From Pyrolobus fumarii 1A (GTDB taxonomy: Archaea > Thermoproteota > Thermoprotei_A > Sulfolobales > Pyrodictiaceae), in contig NC_015931.1 in NCBI RefSeq assembly GCF_000223395.1, positions 1,680,001 through 1,712,000 of the forward strand: DNA of 32,000 bases. Reading direction: 5' to 3'. Positions 1 through 7,017 of this stretch are shown here, one piece after another (positions within the stretch are counted from its first letter, which is position 1; each line of letters starts with the position of its first letter). Position numbers and translations under genes: made by a program. The notes beneath the pieces were generated by a model. That model did no database searches. It was not told where the DNA came from and worked only from the letters and a program-made list of their open reading frames with translations.

Positions 1-121
1 CTCATTCTATCTTGCTAGGCGTGCGGCTTTGAGTGACGAGATGCTATAGCGTGTTGTCATACTCGAAGCTCCACGTATTAACCCCATAACGGATCATACA
101 TCGCTTGGTGTGACCGCGGTC

Positions 122-439
122 ATGTGGTGGCCCGGCTGGGGTAGGAGAAGAGGCTGGCGATGGGGCTGGCAGAGCCAGCAGCCTCCACGTGGACAGCAAG
201 AAAGAGAACCGCAAGAGCAAATGCAAGCATACGCGCCGCCATACCCCTGGTGGCCCTGGTGGACACCCCCACCACCCCCATGGTGGGCATGGTGGACAGC
301 TCCACAACTATACCCGCCCTTCACGAGCCCCGAGGAGGAGCTGAAGTGGCTCGAGGAGTACAAGCGCGAGCTAGAAGAAGAGCTTAGAAGCGTCGAGGAA
401 CGCATCAAGGAGCTTAAGAGGATGCTAAACCGCAGCTAG
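122..439 (+). CDS. Small Trp/Pro-rich protein with C-terminal coiled-coil helix (DUF5320-like architecture)
   Basis: ORF track gives 110..439. An in-frame ATG at 122 lies about 31-38 nt downstream of the AT-rich GTATTAAC (84-91). The protein has 15 Trp in 105 aa, WWPWWT...WWAWWT repeat units and a C-terminal SPEEELKWLEEYKRELEEELRSVEERIKELK helix. ORFs overlapping in other frames look like compositional artefacts. Confidence 0.6.
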   Translation: MWWPGWGRRRGWRWGWQSQQPPRGQQEREPQEQMQAYAPPYPWWPWWTPPPPPWWAWWTAPQLYPPFTSPEEELKWLEEYKRELEEELRSVEERIKELKRMLNRS

Positions 440-536
440 AGCAGCAAATCGTCGTACACAGCTGGAGTACGGGCATTAGAACCAGCATAGATACACGGCT
501 GCCAAATCCATTTTCTAATCCTAACTAGTCCTAGAT

Positions 537-604
537 GGGGCTGTGAGGAGCCGGTCGGCCTGAGCAGACCGGTGAAGAGTTAGCCGGGTACACCGAGCCC
601 CACA
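537..604 (+). ncRNA. Candidate K-turn small RNA (C/D-box-like with non-canonical boxes; weaker H/ACA-like reading)
   Basis: Layout: terminal stem GGGGC(537-541)/GCCCC(597-601); C-like GUGAGGA (543-549) opposite D-like CCGA (593-596); D'-like CUGA (560-563) and C'-like GUGAAGA (572-578). The usual U.U position is replaced by G-C in one box pair and A-U in the other. A TATA-like TTTTCTAA at 511-518 puts a start near 537-541. ACA follows at 602-604. Guide lengths of 10 and 14 nt are atypical, and a 7-bp internal stem (550-556/567-573) competes. Confidence 0.45.
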
Positions 605-665
605 AAACGAACACGTTATCCACATTATGTAACGTGTATATGTTGGTGCAGGTGTTGTTGCCTTG

Positions 666-947
666 CTAGCGTAGCTCTAGCTCTATGTGGAGCTTCATGG
701 GTCTCTCCACGGTTATGACGTTGAGTCTCACTTGTATCTCCGATAACACACCATTCCTCATAATGAAGGTATAGATTCCTGCCTCACTTAGCGTGTTGGC
801 AAGCCTCGCGGCAAGACGCGCCAGTTCACGGCCCCATCCAGGCCTGGAGCCCCTCGCGCTACTATACTCTATTCGACTTTTTTCAACCGCTTGTACTACT
901 CTCGATAACTTCTCTCGCCTCTCGTTGTAACTGGTCAACCTCGTCAA
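666..947 (-). CDS. Hypothetical protein (doubtful)
   Basis: 93-codon ORF with a TTG start that overlaps the upstream nucleotidyltransferase gene by 65 nt. There is no usable start after the overlap and no recognisable motif. Confidence 0.25.
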   Translation of the reverse strand: MTRLTSYNERREKLSRVVQAVEKSRIEYSSARGSRPGWGRELARLAARLANTLSEAGIYTFIMRNGVLSEIQVRLNVITVERPMKLHIELELR

Positions 948-1551
948 CCACTCTCTCCTCGGCTGCTCTCCTACGGATATACTCCCAGTCTAGCTTTTCG
1001 TACAACGCGGCAGCAACCGCAAGCGCCTTGTCTCTATCTATCCTCGACTTCCACCACCTCCACGCTACAAGATACTTGACTATGAGATCCTCGGGAGGCT
1101 CTATATAGACGCGATAACCGTTCACACGTACAGTCACTGGTGGGCGCCTGCCTCTACTAGGGTACATCGAGCCAACGATATCAATGGCTTTCGCTGCGAG
1201 AGCCTCGAGCGCAAGATGATAAGTGCGTAGGCCGAGTTCGCCAAGCTCCTTCAATAGTCTCTCAACAACCCGGGTAGCATCGGCACCCTCCACGATAAGA
1301 TCGACATCGTAGGTCTGGTAGGCTGCGCCAGTGTAAACCTCTACGGCGAAACCTCCGACAATGATTATCCTTCCGAGCCCTGTCTCTTCTAGACGTGTAT
1401 TGAGCCATGCGAGAAAGTAGAGGAAACGCTCCGTAGCTCTCACTATACGAGCGAGAATCGGGGCCACATGTTCGCGAAGTTCACGGGCAAGCCTCTCCAC
1501 TATAGCATCTAGGCTCTTCACCTTGCTCTCCTCGGTTGCGGTCAAGTGCAA
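883..1551 (-). CDS. Nucleotidyltransferase-fold protein (archaeal DUF2204 / AbiEii-like family)
   Basis: IIIVGGFAVEVY...YDVDLIV resembles the hG[GS]...DxD minimal NTase core. The C-terminal helical part is PEDLIVKYLVAWR...DRDKA. TTG start is preceded by GGGAGG. Confidence 0.55.
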   Translation of the reverse strand: MHLTATEESKVKSLDAIVERLARELREHVAPILARIVRATERFLYFLAWLNTRLEETGLGRIIIVGGFAVEVYTGAAYQTYDVDLIVEGADATRVVERLLKELGELGLRTYHLALEALAAKAIDIVGSMYPSRGRRPPVTVRVNGYRVYIEPPEDLIVKYLVAWRWWKSRIDRDKALAVAAALYEKLDWEYIRRRAAEERVVDEVDQLQREAREVIESSTSG

Positions 1552-1663
1552 CCTCCCTGAGTTTTGCTAGCCGGTATGCTTCGGGAAGATTGCCGCGCTA
1601 TAAGCGGTAGACGATATTGTTTTAGGTCTTGGTGCTGATGGCGGTGGCTGGTGTCGGGTTATT

Positions 1664-2782
1664 GTGGCGGAGTATCGCCTTGACCCCTGGGGTACAGCCG
1701 TCCGCGTAGAGTATGAGAAGCTGTTCAAAGTGTTCGGTATCAAGCCATTCTCCGACCTCGTGCCACGCGTGGAGAAGGTGCTTGGCGACGCCCTCCACCT
1801 CATGAGGCGCGGCGTGATCTTCGGGCACCGCGACTTCGACAAGATACTGGACGCTTATGAGCGCGGGGAGAGGGTCGCGCTGGTAACCGGTTTCATGCCT
1901 AGCGGTAAATTCCACTTTGGTCACAAGATGGTAGCCGACCAGATAATCTACTACCAGCGTAAGGGTTTCGAGGTCTTCGTGGTGCTAGCGGATGCCGAGG
2001 CATACGCGGTAAGAAGACTGCCACGCCAGGAGATTATCAGGATAGCGCTTGAGGAGTATGTCGCGAACCTCATTGCACTTGGGCTTGAGAAGAAGAGGTT
2101 GCACCTCTATTTCCAGACGAACTACGAGACGCCATACTATCGCCTCATCCAGATGTTCTCGAGGAAAGTGACCCTCGCGGAGATGGAGGCTATATACGGC
2201 GAGCTAGAGCCAGCCAAGATAATGGCCGCATTAACACAAGCCGCAGACATCCTACACCCGCAACTCGAGTACTTCGGGGGCTTCAAGCACGTAGTTGTGC
2301 CGGTCGGCGCCGATCAAGACCCACACATTCGCCTTACCCGCGACATTGCAGACCGCTTCGAGAACGAACTTGGGCTTAGGAGGCCCGCCTCCACATACCA
2401 CCGGTTCATGACGGGCCTCGACGGCAACAAGATGAGCAGCTCCAGGCCGGAGTACGCCATATTCCTCACTGACCCGCCGGACGTCGCCGCCCGGAAGCTC
2501 ATGAGGGCATTGACCGGCGGCAGGGCGACCGTCGAGGAGCAGAGGAGGCTCGGCGGCGAGCCCGAGAAGTGCACCGTCTACGAGTTCTACGTGTACCACC
2601 TCATACCCGAGGATACCGAGCTCCGCAGGATATACGAGAAGTGCAGGAGCGGCCAGCTGCTCTGCGGAGAGTGCAAGAGGATGGCAGTGGAGAGGCTCAA
2701 GAAGTGGCTAGAAGAGCACCAAAAGAGGCTAGAGAAAGCCAGGGACAAGATACACGAGTACGTGGAGCCACCAAAGTTCTAG
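1664..2782 (+). CDS. trpS: Tryptophanyl-tRNA synthetase (archaeal/eukaryal type)
   Basis: Class I aaRS motifs HFGH (HIGH) and KMSSS. The overall sequence has an archaeal TrpRS look (GFMPSGKFHFGH, GADQDPHIRLTRD). A T-rich palindrome follows the stop. Confidence 0.93.
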   Translation: MAEYRLDPWGTAVRVEYEKLFKVFGIKPFSDLVPRVEKVLGDALHLMRRGVIFGHRDFDKILDAYERGERVALVTGFMPSGKFHFGHKMVADQIIYYQRKGFEVFVVLADAEAYAVRRLPRQEIIRIALEEYVANLIALGLEKKRLHLYFQTNYETPYYRLIQMFSRKVTLAEMEAIYGELEPAKIMAALTQAADILHPQLEYFGGFKHVVVPVGADQDPHIRLTRDIADRFENELGLRRPASTYHRFMTGLDGNKMSSSRPEYAIFLTDPPDVAARKLMRALTGGRATVEEQRRLGGEPEKCTVYEFYVYHLIPEDTELRRIYEKCRSGQLLCGECKRMAVERLKKWLEEHQKRLEKARDKIHEYVEPPKF

Positions 2783-2941
2783 AAAATAGGCTGAACTCTG
2801 TTTTCGAAAACCGAGTGTATCTCCAGGATTGCGACTACACCAGGCGAGGGTCCTTCCCTCCCCTCAACCCGATCCACATATCACCGGATTGGGAGGAGGC
2901 AAGGAGGAAACGGGCATACCCACAATAATGTGTAGCGTGTT

Positions 2942-3418
2942 TTACTCGCTGCCGCCCTCTAGTATCTCGCGTTCACTGCCCTTCTTGAGGTAGAGTATCT
3001 CGATGAGCTCTGGCGTGAACTCTATGAGGTCGGACTTTGCTATTATCCCGACTAGCCTGCCAGCCTTGTCCACTACTGGAAGATGACCGACGCCTCTCTC
3101 GCTCATCAGCCTAGCCGCTATCTCGAGTGGCGTGTCATCGTAGACTGTTATCGGGTTTGGCGTCATTACCTCCCTAACAGTCGTCTTTAGGGGGTCCCTG
3201 TTCTCGGCCACAACGCGCGTCACGAGATCCCTCTCGGTTATTATCCCTATGACCTCGCCGCGCTGAGAGACAACAACAACACTACCAATCTCATACTGCT
3301 TCATCTTGCGCGCCGCCTCTATGACAGGCTCATCCGGGGTTATCGTGACGACCTCCCGGGTCATCACGTCACGCACGAGGAGTATCCTTTCTTCTGCCAC
3401 GCCGCACCCAGCCTCCAT
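2942..3418 (-). CDS. Stand-alone CBS-pair (Bateman) domain protein
   Basis: Two CBS repeats (VRDVMTREVVTI..., VREVMTPNPITV...). ORF track extends to 3547, but a TTTATA box (3437-3445, - strand) sits about 22 nt before the ATG at 3418, favouring the shorter leaderless form. Confidence 0.85.
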   Translation of the reverse strand: MEAGCGVAEERILLVRDVMTREVVTITPDEPVIEAARKMKQYEIGSVVVVSQRGEVIGIITERDLVTRVVAENRDPLKTTVREVMTPNPITVYDDTPLEIAARLMSERGVGHLPVVDKAGRLVGIIAKSDLIEFTPELIEILYLKKGSEREILEGGSE

Positions 3419-3552
3419 CAACGTAGCGTTAATGCCTGGGTATAAATCGGTGGGTGGGCCACAGCTTAGGGGTGCTCCATTTTGACCACCCCAGTGTACA
3501 GTACAGACAGTGGCGCGTGGTGTGGAGACCGCCCCCTGCTCCACCATCTGAC

Positions 3553-3573
3553 CCGTGATGAGGGGTTGAGTCG
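3553..3573 (+). promoter_or_regulatory. Copy 1 of bipartite motif CCGTGATGAG-GGG-TTGAGTCG (preceded by CUGA-CCC, giving a D'/C'-like K-loop arrangement)
   Basis: Exact 10-mer plus exact 8-mer are shared with 6918-6937 (- strand). It lies in the 270-nt divergent intergenic region between the CBS gene and the radical-SAM-like gene. Confidence 0.4.
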
Positions 3574-3691
3574 CCGAACCACTCTCAACAGAGGATTATG
3601 ATAGGCCCCGCTTGGGCCCGAGACTCTCCGGGAGAGGTGGCCAAGGCTGCTGGGCGCATGGTGCCGCACCGATAGGCTCGGCAGGCGCCTA

Positions 3692-4399
3692 GTGCTGGTA
3701 TTGCAGGGCTTCCCGTGCTCGTGGGGGAGGTGCACCTTCTGCCCATTCGGACTCGAACAGAGCGTTAACATCAGCGAGGTTATAGAGAAGAACCGTGGCG
3801 TCATCCGCGAGGCACTCAAGCTACTAGACTCCTGTAGGCCGACGAGAGTATCCGTGTTCAACGGTAGCAGCTTCTACGAGCTACCCGTAGATACGCTGGC
3901 GGCGCTCCGTCCCCTTACTGAGGGACGCGTCGTTGACATAGAGGTCAGGCCGGAGTACGTGACGCTCGACACGCTAAAATGGACGATAGAGGTGCTCGGC
4001 GCCAAGATGCTAGTAGTGAGGGTTGGCTTCGAGGTGTGGGACGAGAAGCTGCGCAACGAGTACCTCAGGAAGGGCATACCACAATCCGAGGTGCAGCGCG
4101 TGGCGCAGGTGGCCAGGGAGGCTAAGCTGCGCGGCCTCCCAGTCAAGATGCTAGTATACGTCCTCTTCGGCATCGAGGGTGTACCAGAGGAGGAGGTAAT
4201 CAGGAGCGTGCGCGAGTACAACAAGCTGTTTGACGGCGTGATAGCTGTGAGGTACCATCGTTACCACCCGAGGCACCCCCGCGAGACGAGAGTCTCCAAG
4301 AAGCTAGCCGAGTTCCTAGAGACTAACACCGTACTTGTAGACTGGGGCGAGGAACCCGAATGGGAGATCGCGGGCAAAAAGCCAGGTATCAGCGACTAG
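3692..4399 (+). CDS. Radical-SAM-like Fe-S protein with atypical CX4CX2C motif
   Basis: N-terminal GFPCSWGRCTFCPF cysteine triad sits where radical SAM enzymes carry CX3CX2C. The TIM-barrel-like alternating pattern fits a length of 235 aa. GTG start, and no in-frame alternative start exists upstream. Confidence 0.5.
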   Translation: MLVLQGFPCSWGRCTFCPFGLEQSVNISEVIEKNRGVIREALKLLDSCRPTRVSVFNGSSFYELPVDTLAALRPLTEGRVVDIEVRPEYVTLDTLKWTIEVLGAKMLVVRVGFEVWDEKLRNEYLRKGIPQSEVQRVAQVAREAKLRGLPVKMLVYVLFGIEGVPEEEVIRSVREYNKLFDGVIAVRYHRYHPRHPRETRVSKKLAEFLETNTVLVDWGEEPEWEIAGKKPGISD

Positions 4400-4726
4400 A
4401 AACACAACGTAATAACGCAATGAGAAGAACTTCTCCGAGAAACCCGTTAGAGAGGCGTACTAAAGATGCTTCCAGCTTGAAAGCATGTAACATCTCTCTG
4501 TCTACATGGAGGCGAATGCTAAGGGCAAATCTATACCATTATCGTTATCACTTTTGAAATCTGAGGCTCTGAAGTAAAGAGCGGCTAGCGTCGAACCACC
4601 AGCCCATGTTGAAAAGGCGTATAAATGGTTTTGTGGAGACGCTAGTAGGTAGTTCTGTGTTGCTTGACGTGGCTGAACGTTAGGTATGTAACAAGCTTGG
4701 AGATTGAAATGTCTTTGACCCTTCCT

Positions 4727-5260
4727 CTAGCCCTGGCTTTTCCTCTTTGCGCGTTCTAAGGCCTCCCTGGTATACTTGACTAGTTCCTCTGCTCGGGGAA
4801 GGCGCTGCTCTATATCCTCAGGGTCCAGGGAGTGCTCGTGGAAACCGTGGATATGTGCGTCGTAGGCTAGGCTCCAGGCGTCTAGGATTAGGGGGTTCTT
4901 CTCTATCTTCGCGAGTTTAGAGGCTGCCCTCGCTAGTAGCTTTGTCCACCACGTTCCTTCTATCTGAGCCTTTCTACACTCCTCTAGGCCCCTTAGACAA
5001 GCCAGCACCTTGATGCACTCCTCTACGGCCTTGTAGAGCTTCTCTGAGGCTTGCACCGCATCGCCTTCTAGTAGTTCCTCCCTAGCCCTCATGAGCATAT
5101 GCTCTGCGACAGCGATTCTAGCCTCAAGCTCCTCCTGCGGGTCTAGCTCGAGGTACTTCTCGATAGCCTCCATTATGAATGCTTCGGGGTCGAAGCCTCT
5201 ATCGCGGATAAGCTTGGCCAGCTTCTCGGGTATAGTAATTACAGTGGTATTCGTGCACAT
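4727..5260 (-). CDS. PaREP1-family (HEPN-related) protein
   Basis: DAVQASEKLYKAVEECIKVLA...WW...AYDAHIHGFHEHSL matches the helical PaREP1 pattern as recalled. ORF track extends to 5314; the ATG at 5260 follows an AT-rich TTATTTTA box. Confidence 0.65.
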   Translation of the reverse strand: MCTNTTVITIPEKLAKLIRDRGFDPEAFIMEAIEKYLELDPQEELEARIAVAEHMLMRAREELLEGDAVQASEKLYKAVEECIKVLACLRGLEECRKAQIEGTWWTKLLARAASKLAKIEKNPLILDAWSLAYDAHIHGFHEHSLDPEDIEQRLPRAEELVKYTREALERAKRKSQG

Positions 5261-5383
5261 CCACAGAGCCCTACGTGTAAAATAACACATCCCTCTGCCT
5301 ATTAAACAACTCATTTTGTTTTATCCGGCTCCGGGTAAGAATGGCCTCCTGGTGTGTCACTCGGGAAAGAATGTCTACACGTT

Positions 5384-6574
5384 CTACCCGTAGGTGTTCT
5401 TGATGCACTCGGCTAGGGCGTCTATCGCAGAGCGTAGCTCGTCAACGGTGGTCAGGTATGGTGGTAGGAATCTCACCACTGTGGCGCCGGCGCGTAGCGC
5501 TAGCACTCTCTTCTCGAGGAGACAGTCGAGCACCTTCCCTGGCGGGAAGCGTAGCTCGACGCCGAACATGAGACCCTTGCCTCTAATGTCACGCACGGCT
5601 TTCAAGCCCTCGAGGCGCTCGCGCGCATATCTTAGCGCCTCTTCGCCCTTGCTCTTCGCCTGCTCCGGCACCCTGTCAGCCTCGAAGGCCTCCACTGCGC
5701 CGAGTACAGCGGCGCACGCTAACGGGTTACCCGCGTAGGTGGAGCCATGCTCGCCTGTCTCGAAGCTCTCCGCGACCCACTTCTGGAAGGCCACCAGGCT
5801 AACCGGGAATCCACCGCCAATAGCCTTACCAGCGGTCATAACGTCGGGCTCTATACCCGCCTCCATGTGGGCCCAGGGTAGCCCGGTCCTACCGAAGCCG
5901 GACTGGATCTCATCCACTATTAGGAGGGCTCCATGCTCCCTCGTAAGCTCCCTAGCAGCCTTGAGGAACTCTGGGTCGAGAGGGATTATGCCACCCTCGC
6001 CTATCACCGGCTCGAGGATGACCGCTGCAACGCTATCATCGATAGCCTTCTCGAGCCCCTCTATGTCATTGGGTTTGACCCAACGAGGCTTGAGGAGCAC
6101 CGGCTCGAAAGCCTTCCTGTACTTCACTCCGTGGGTCATTGACAGCGCGCCTAGGGTCCTACCGTGGAAGCTGTGAACGAGAGCAACGAACGTGCTCCGG
6201 CCCTTCGTGGCCTTGACAGCCGCCTTAAGCGCTAGCTCGACAGCCTCGGCTCCACTATTCTGGAAGAAGACGTGGGTGAAGTACGGGGGTAGGACGCGGC
6301 GTAGCGCGCGAAGAGCCTCCTCTCGAGTATCGTTCTCGAAGGTAAGCGACACCGTCATTATCTTCTCTAGCTGCTCGCGCAGCCTGCGCATCACAAACGG
6401 GTTGCGGTGCCCGAGGAAAGCGGTTCCATAGCCGGTATGGTAGTCGAGATACCTATTACCCCTATCATCCCACACGTACTGGCCCTCACCACGCACTATC
6501 CTTATCGGCTTGACCTGGTAGAACCGGACTAGCTCAACCCTATCCAAGACCATACGCCCAGGCTGCACCGGCAA
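5384..6574 (-). CDS. Class-III PLP-dependent aminotransferase (acetylornithine/acetyl-lysine/GABA aminotransferase family)
   Basis: Motifs FFQNSGAEAVE, DEIQSGFGRTG and TAGKAIGGGFP (PLP lysine). No other arg/lys biosynthesis genes are adjacent, so the substrate is not assigned. Confidence 0.85.
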   Translation of the reverse strand: MPVQPGRMVLDRVELVRFYQVKPIRIVRGEGQYVWDDRGNRYLDYHTGYGTAFLGHRNPFVMRRLREQLEKIMTVSLTFENDTREEALRALRRVLPPYFTHVFFQNSGAEAVELALKAAVKATKGRSTFVALVHSFHGRTLGALSMTHGVKYRKAFEPVLLKPRWVKPNDIEGLEKAIDDSVAAVILEPVIGEGGIIPLDPEFLKAARELTREHGALLIVDEIQSGFGRTGLPWAHMEAGIEPDVMTAGKAIGGGFPVSLVAFQKWVAESFETGEHGSTYAGNPLACAAVLGAVEAFEADRVPEQAKSKGEEALRYARERLEGLKAVRDIRGKGLMFGVELRFPPGKVLDCLLEKRVLALRAGATVVRFLPPYLTTVDELRSAIDALAECIKNTYG

Positions 6575-6599
6575 GCCCGACGCTTAACGCTAACCCCGG

Positions 6600-6884
6600 C
6601 TAGCCGCCAGCAGCAGGAGGTATCAACGCGACCCTATCGCCGTCGCGCAGCACAGTCTTCTCTCCATCACGGAGAAACTCAACCGGCCTACCATTAACAA
6701 GTATGAGCGTGGAGTAACCCCTCTCAAGCAGCTCCTCTATAGACTTTCGTAGCTCGGGATGCTCCCTGAATATCATCTCTACGAGTTGAGCTACAGTCGT
6801 GCCCTCCGGGACGTCATATACACGCTCGTGCCACCCGGCAACCTCCCTAAAAATAGCAAAAAGCACTACCTTAACCCTGGGCAC
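6600..6884 (-). CDS. MoaD/ThiS/SAMP-type ubiquitin-like beta-grasp protein with C-terminal Gly-Gly
   Basis: 94 aa ending ...DGDRVALIPPAAGG followed by stop. GTG start lies about 20 nt downstream of TATAAGA (6898-6904, - strand). Confidence 0.8.
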   Translation of the reverse strand: MPRVKVVLFAIFREVAGWHERVYDVPEGTTVAQLVEMIFREHPELRKSIEELLERGYSTLILVNGRPVEFLRDGEKTVLRDGDRVALIPPAAGG

Positions 6885-6917
6885 AAGGATACACCCCTCT
6901 TATACCCCGTACACAGC

Positions 6918-6937
6918 CGACTCAAAACTCATCACGG
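6918..6937 (-). promoter_or_regulatory. Copy 2 of bipartite motif CCGTGATGAG-TT-TTGAGTCG, 13 nt upstream of the TATA box of the MoaD-GG gene
   Basis: Reverse complement of 6918-6937 reads CCGTGATGAGTTTTGAGTCG, in the same orientation relative to the downstream gene as copy 1. Confidence 0.4.
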
Positions 6938-7017
6938 CCGCGGATCGAGCCAGACGTAGATAGCGTGGAAGACAGAGAGACGTTAACGGGAACCAAATCA
7001 TAGACCGGCTTGGCTTC

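Noticed and set aside
44-408. Three long ORFs (44..307 -, 94..408 -, 160..387 +) overlapping the Trp-rich gene
   Set aside because: They are low-complexity Pro/Gly/Ser/Ala translations of the same TGG/CCA-rich repeat in other frames. They have no start context or recognisable features. The + frame starting at 122 has the coiled-coil tail and the promoter spacing.
537-604. Reading the 537-604 hairpin as an H/ACA guide RNA (stem, pocket, stem, ACA)
   Set aside because: The ACA directly follows the basal stem, but the 3' pocket strand would be about 22 nt and the apical loop lacks a convincing K-turn or K-loop. The C/D-like drawing explains more positions. I keep the H/ACA reading only as an alternative in the finding.
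3522-3610. Interpreting motif copy 1 as a complete canonical C/D-box sRNA
   Set aside because: GUGAUGA and an upstream CUGA are present. However, there is no acceptable C box 12 nt upstream of the CUGA, no CUGA D box downstream (only CCGA after 12 nt, and a poor UAUGAUA/CCGA second set with a 14-nt spacing), and no terminal stem.
3466-3861. 131-aa ORF on the - strand spanning the CBS/radical-SAM intergenic region
   Set aside because: It runs antisense into the radical-SAM-like gene and through the divergent promoter region. Its composition is Ser/Arg/Pro-rich, typical of out-of-frame GC-rich DNA.
4419-4440. AAUGAGAA-GAACUUCUC-CGAGA resembling the D-guide half of the 13.8-kb C/D sRNA (shared 9-mer GAACTTCTC)
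   Set aside because: A single shared 9-mer is expected by chance in 64 kb of two-strand sequence. The boxes are degenerate and the guide would be only 9 nt.
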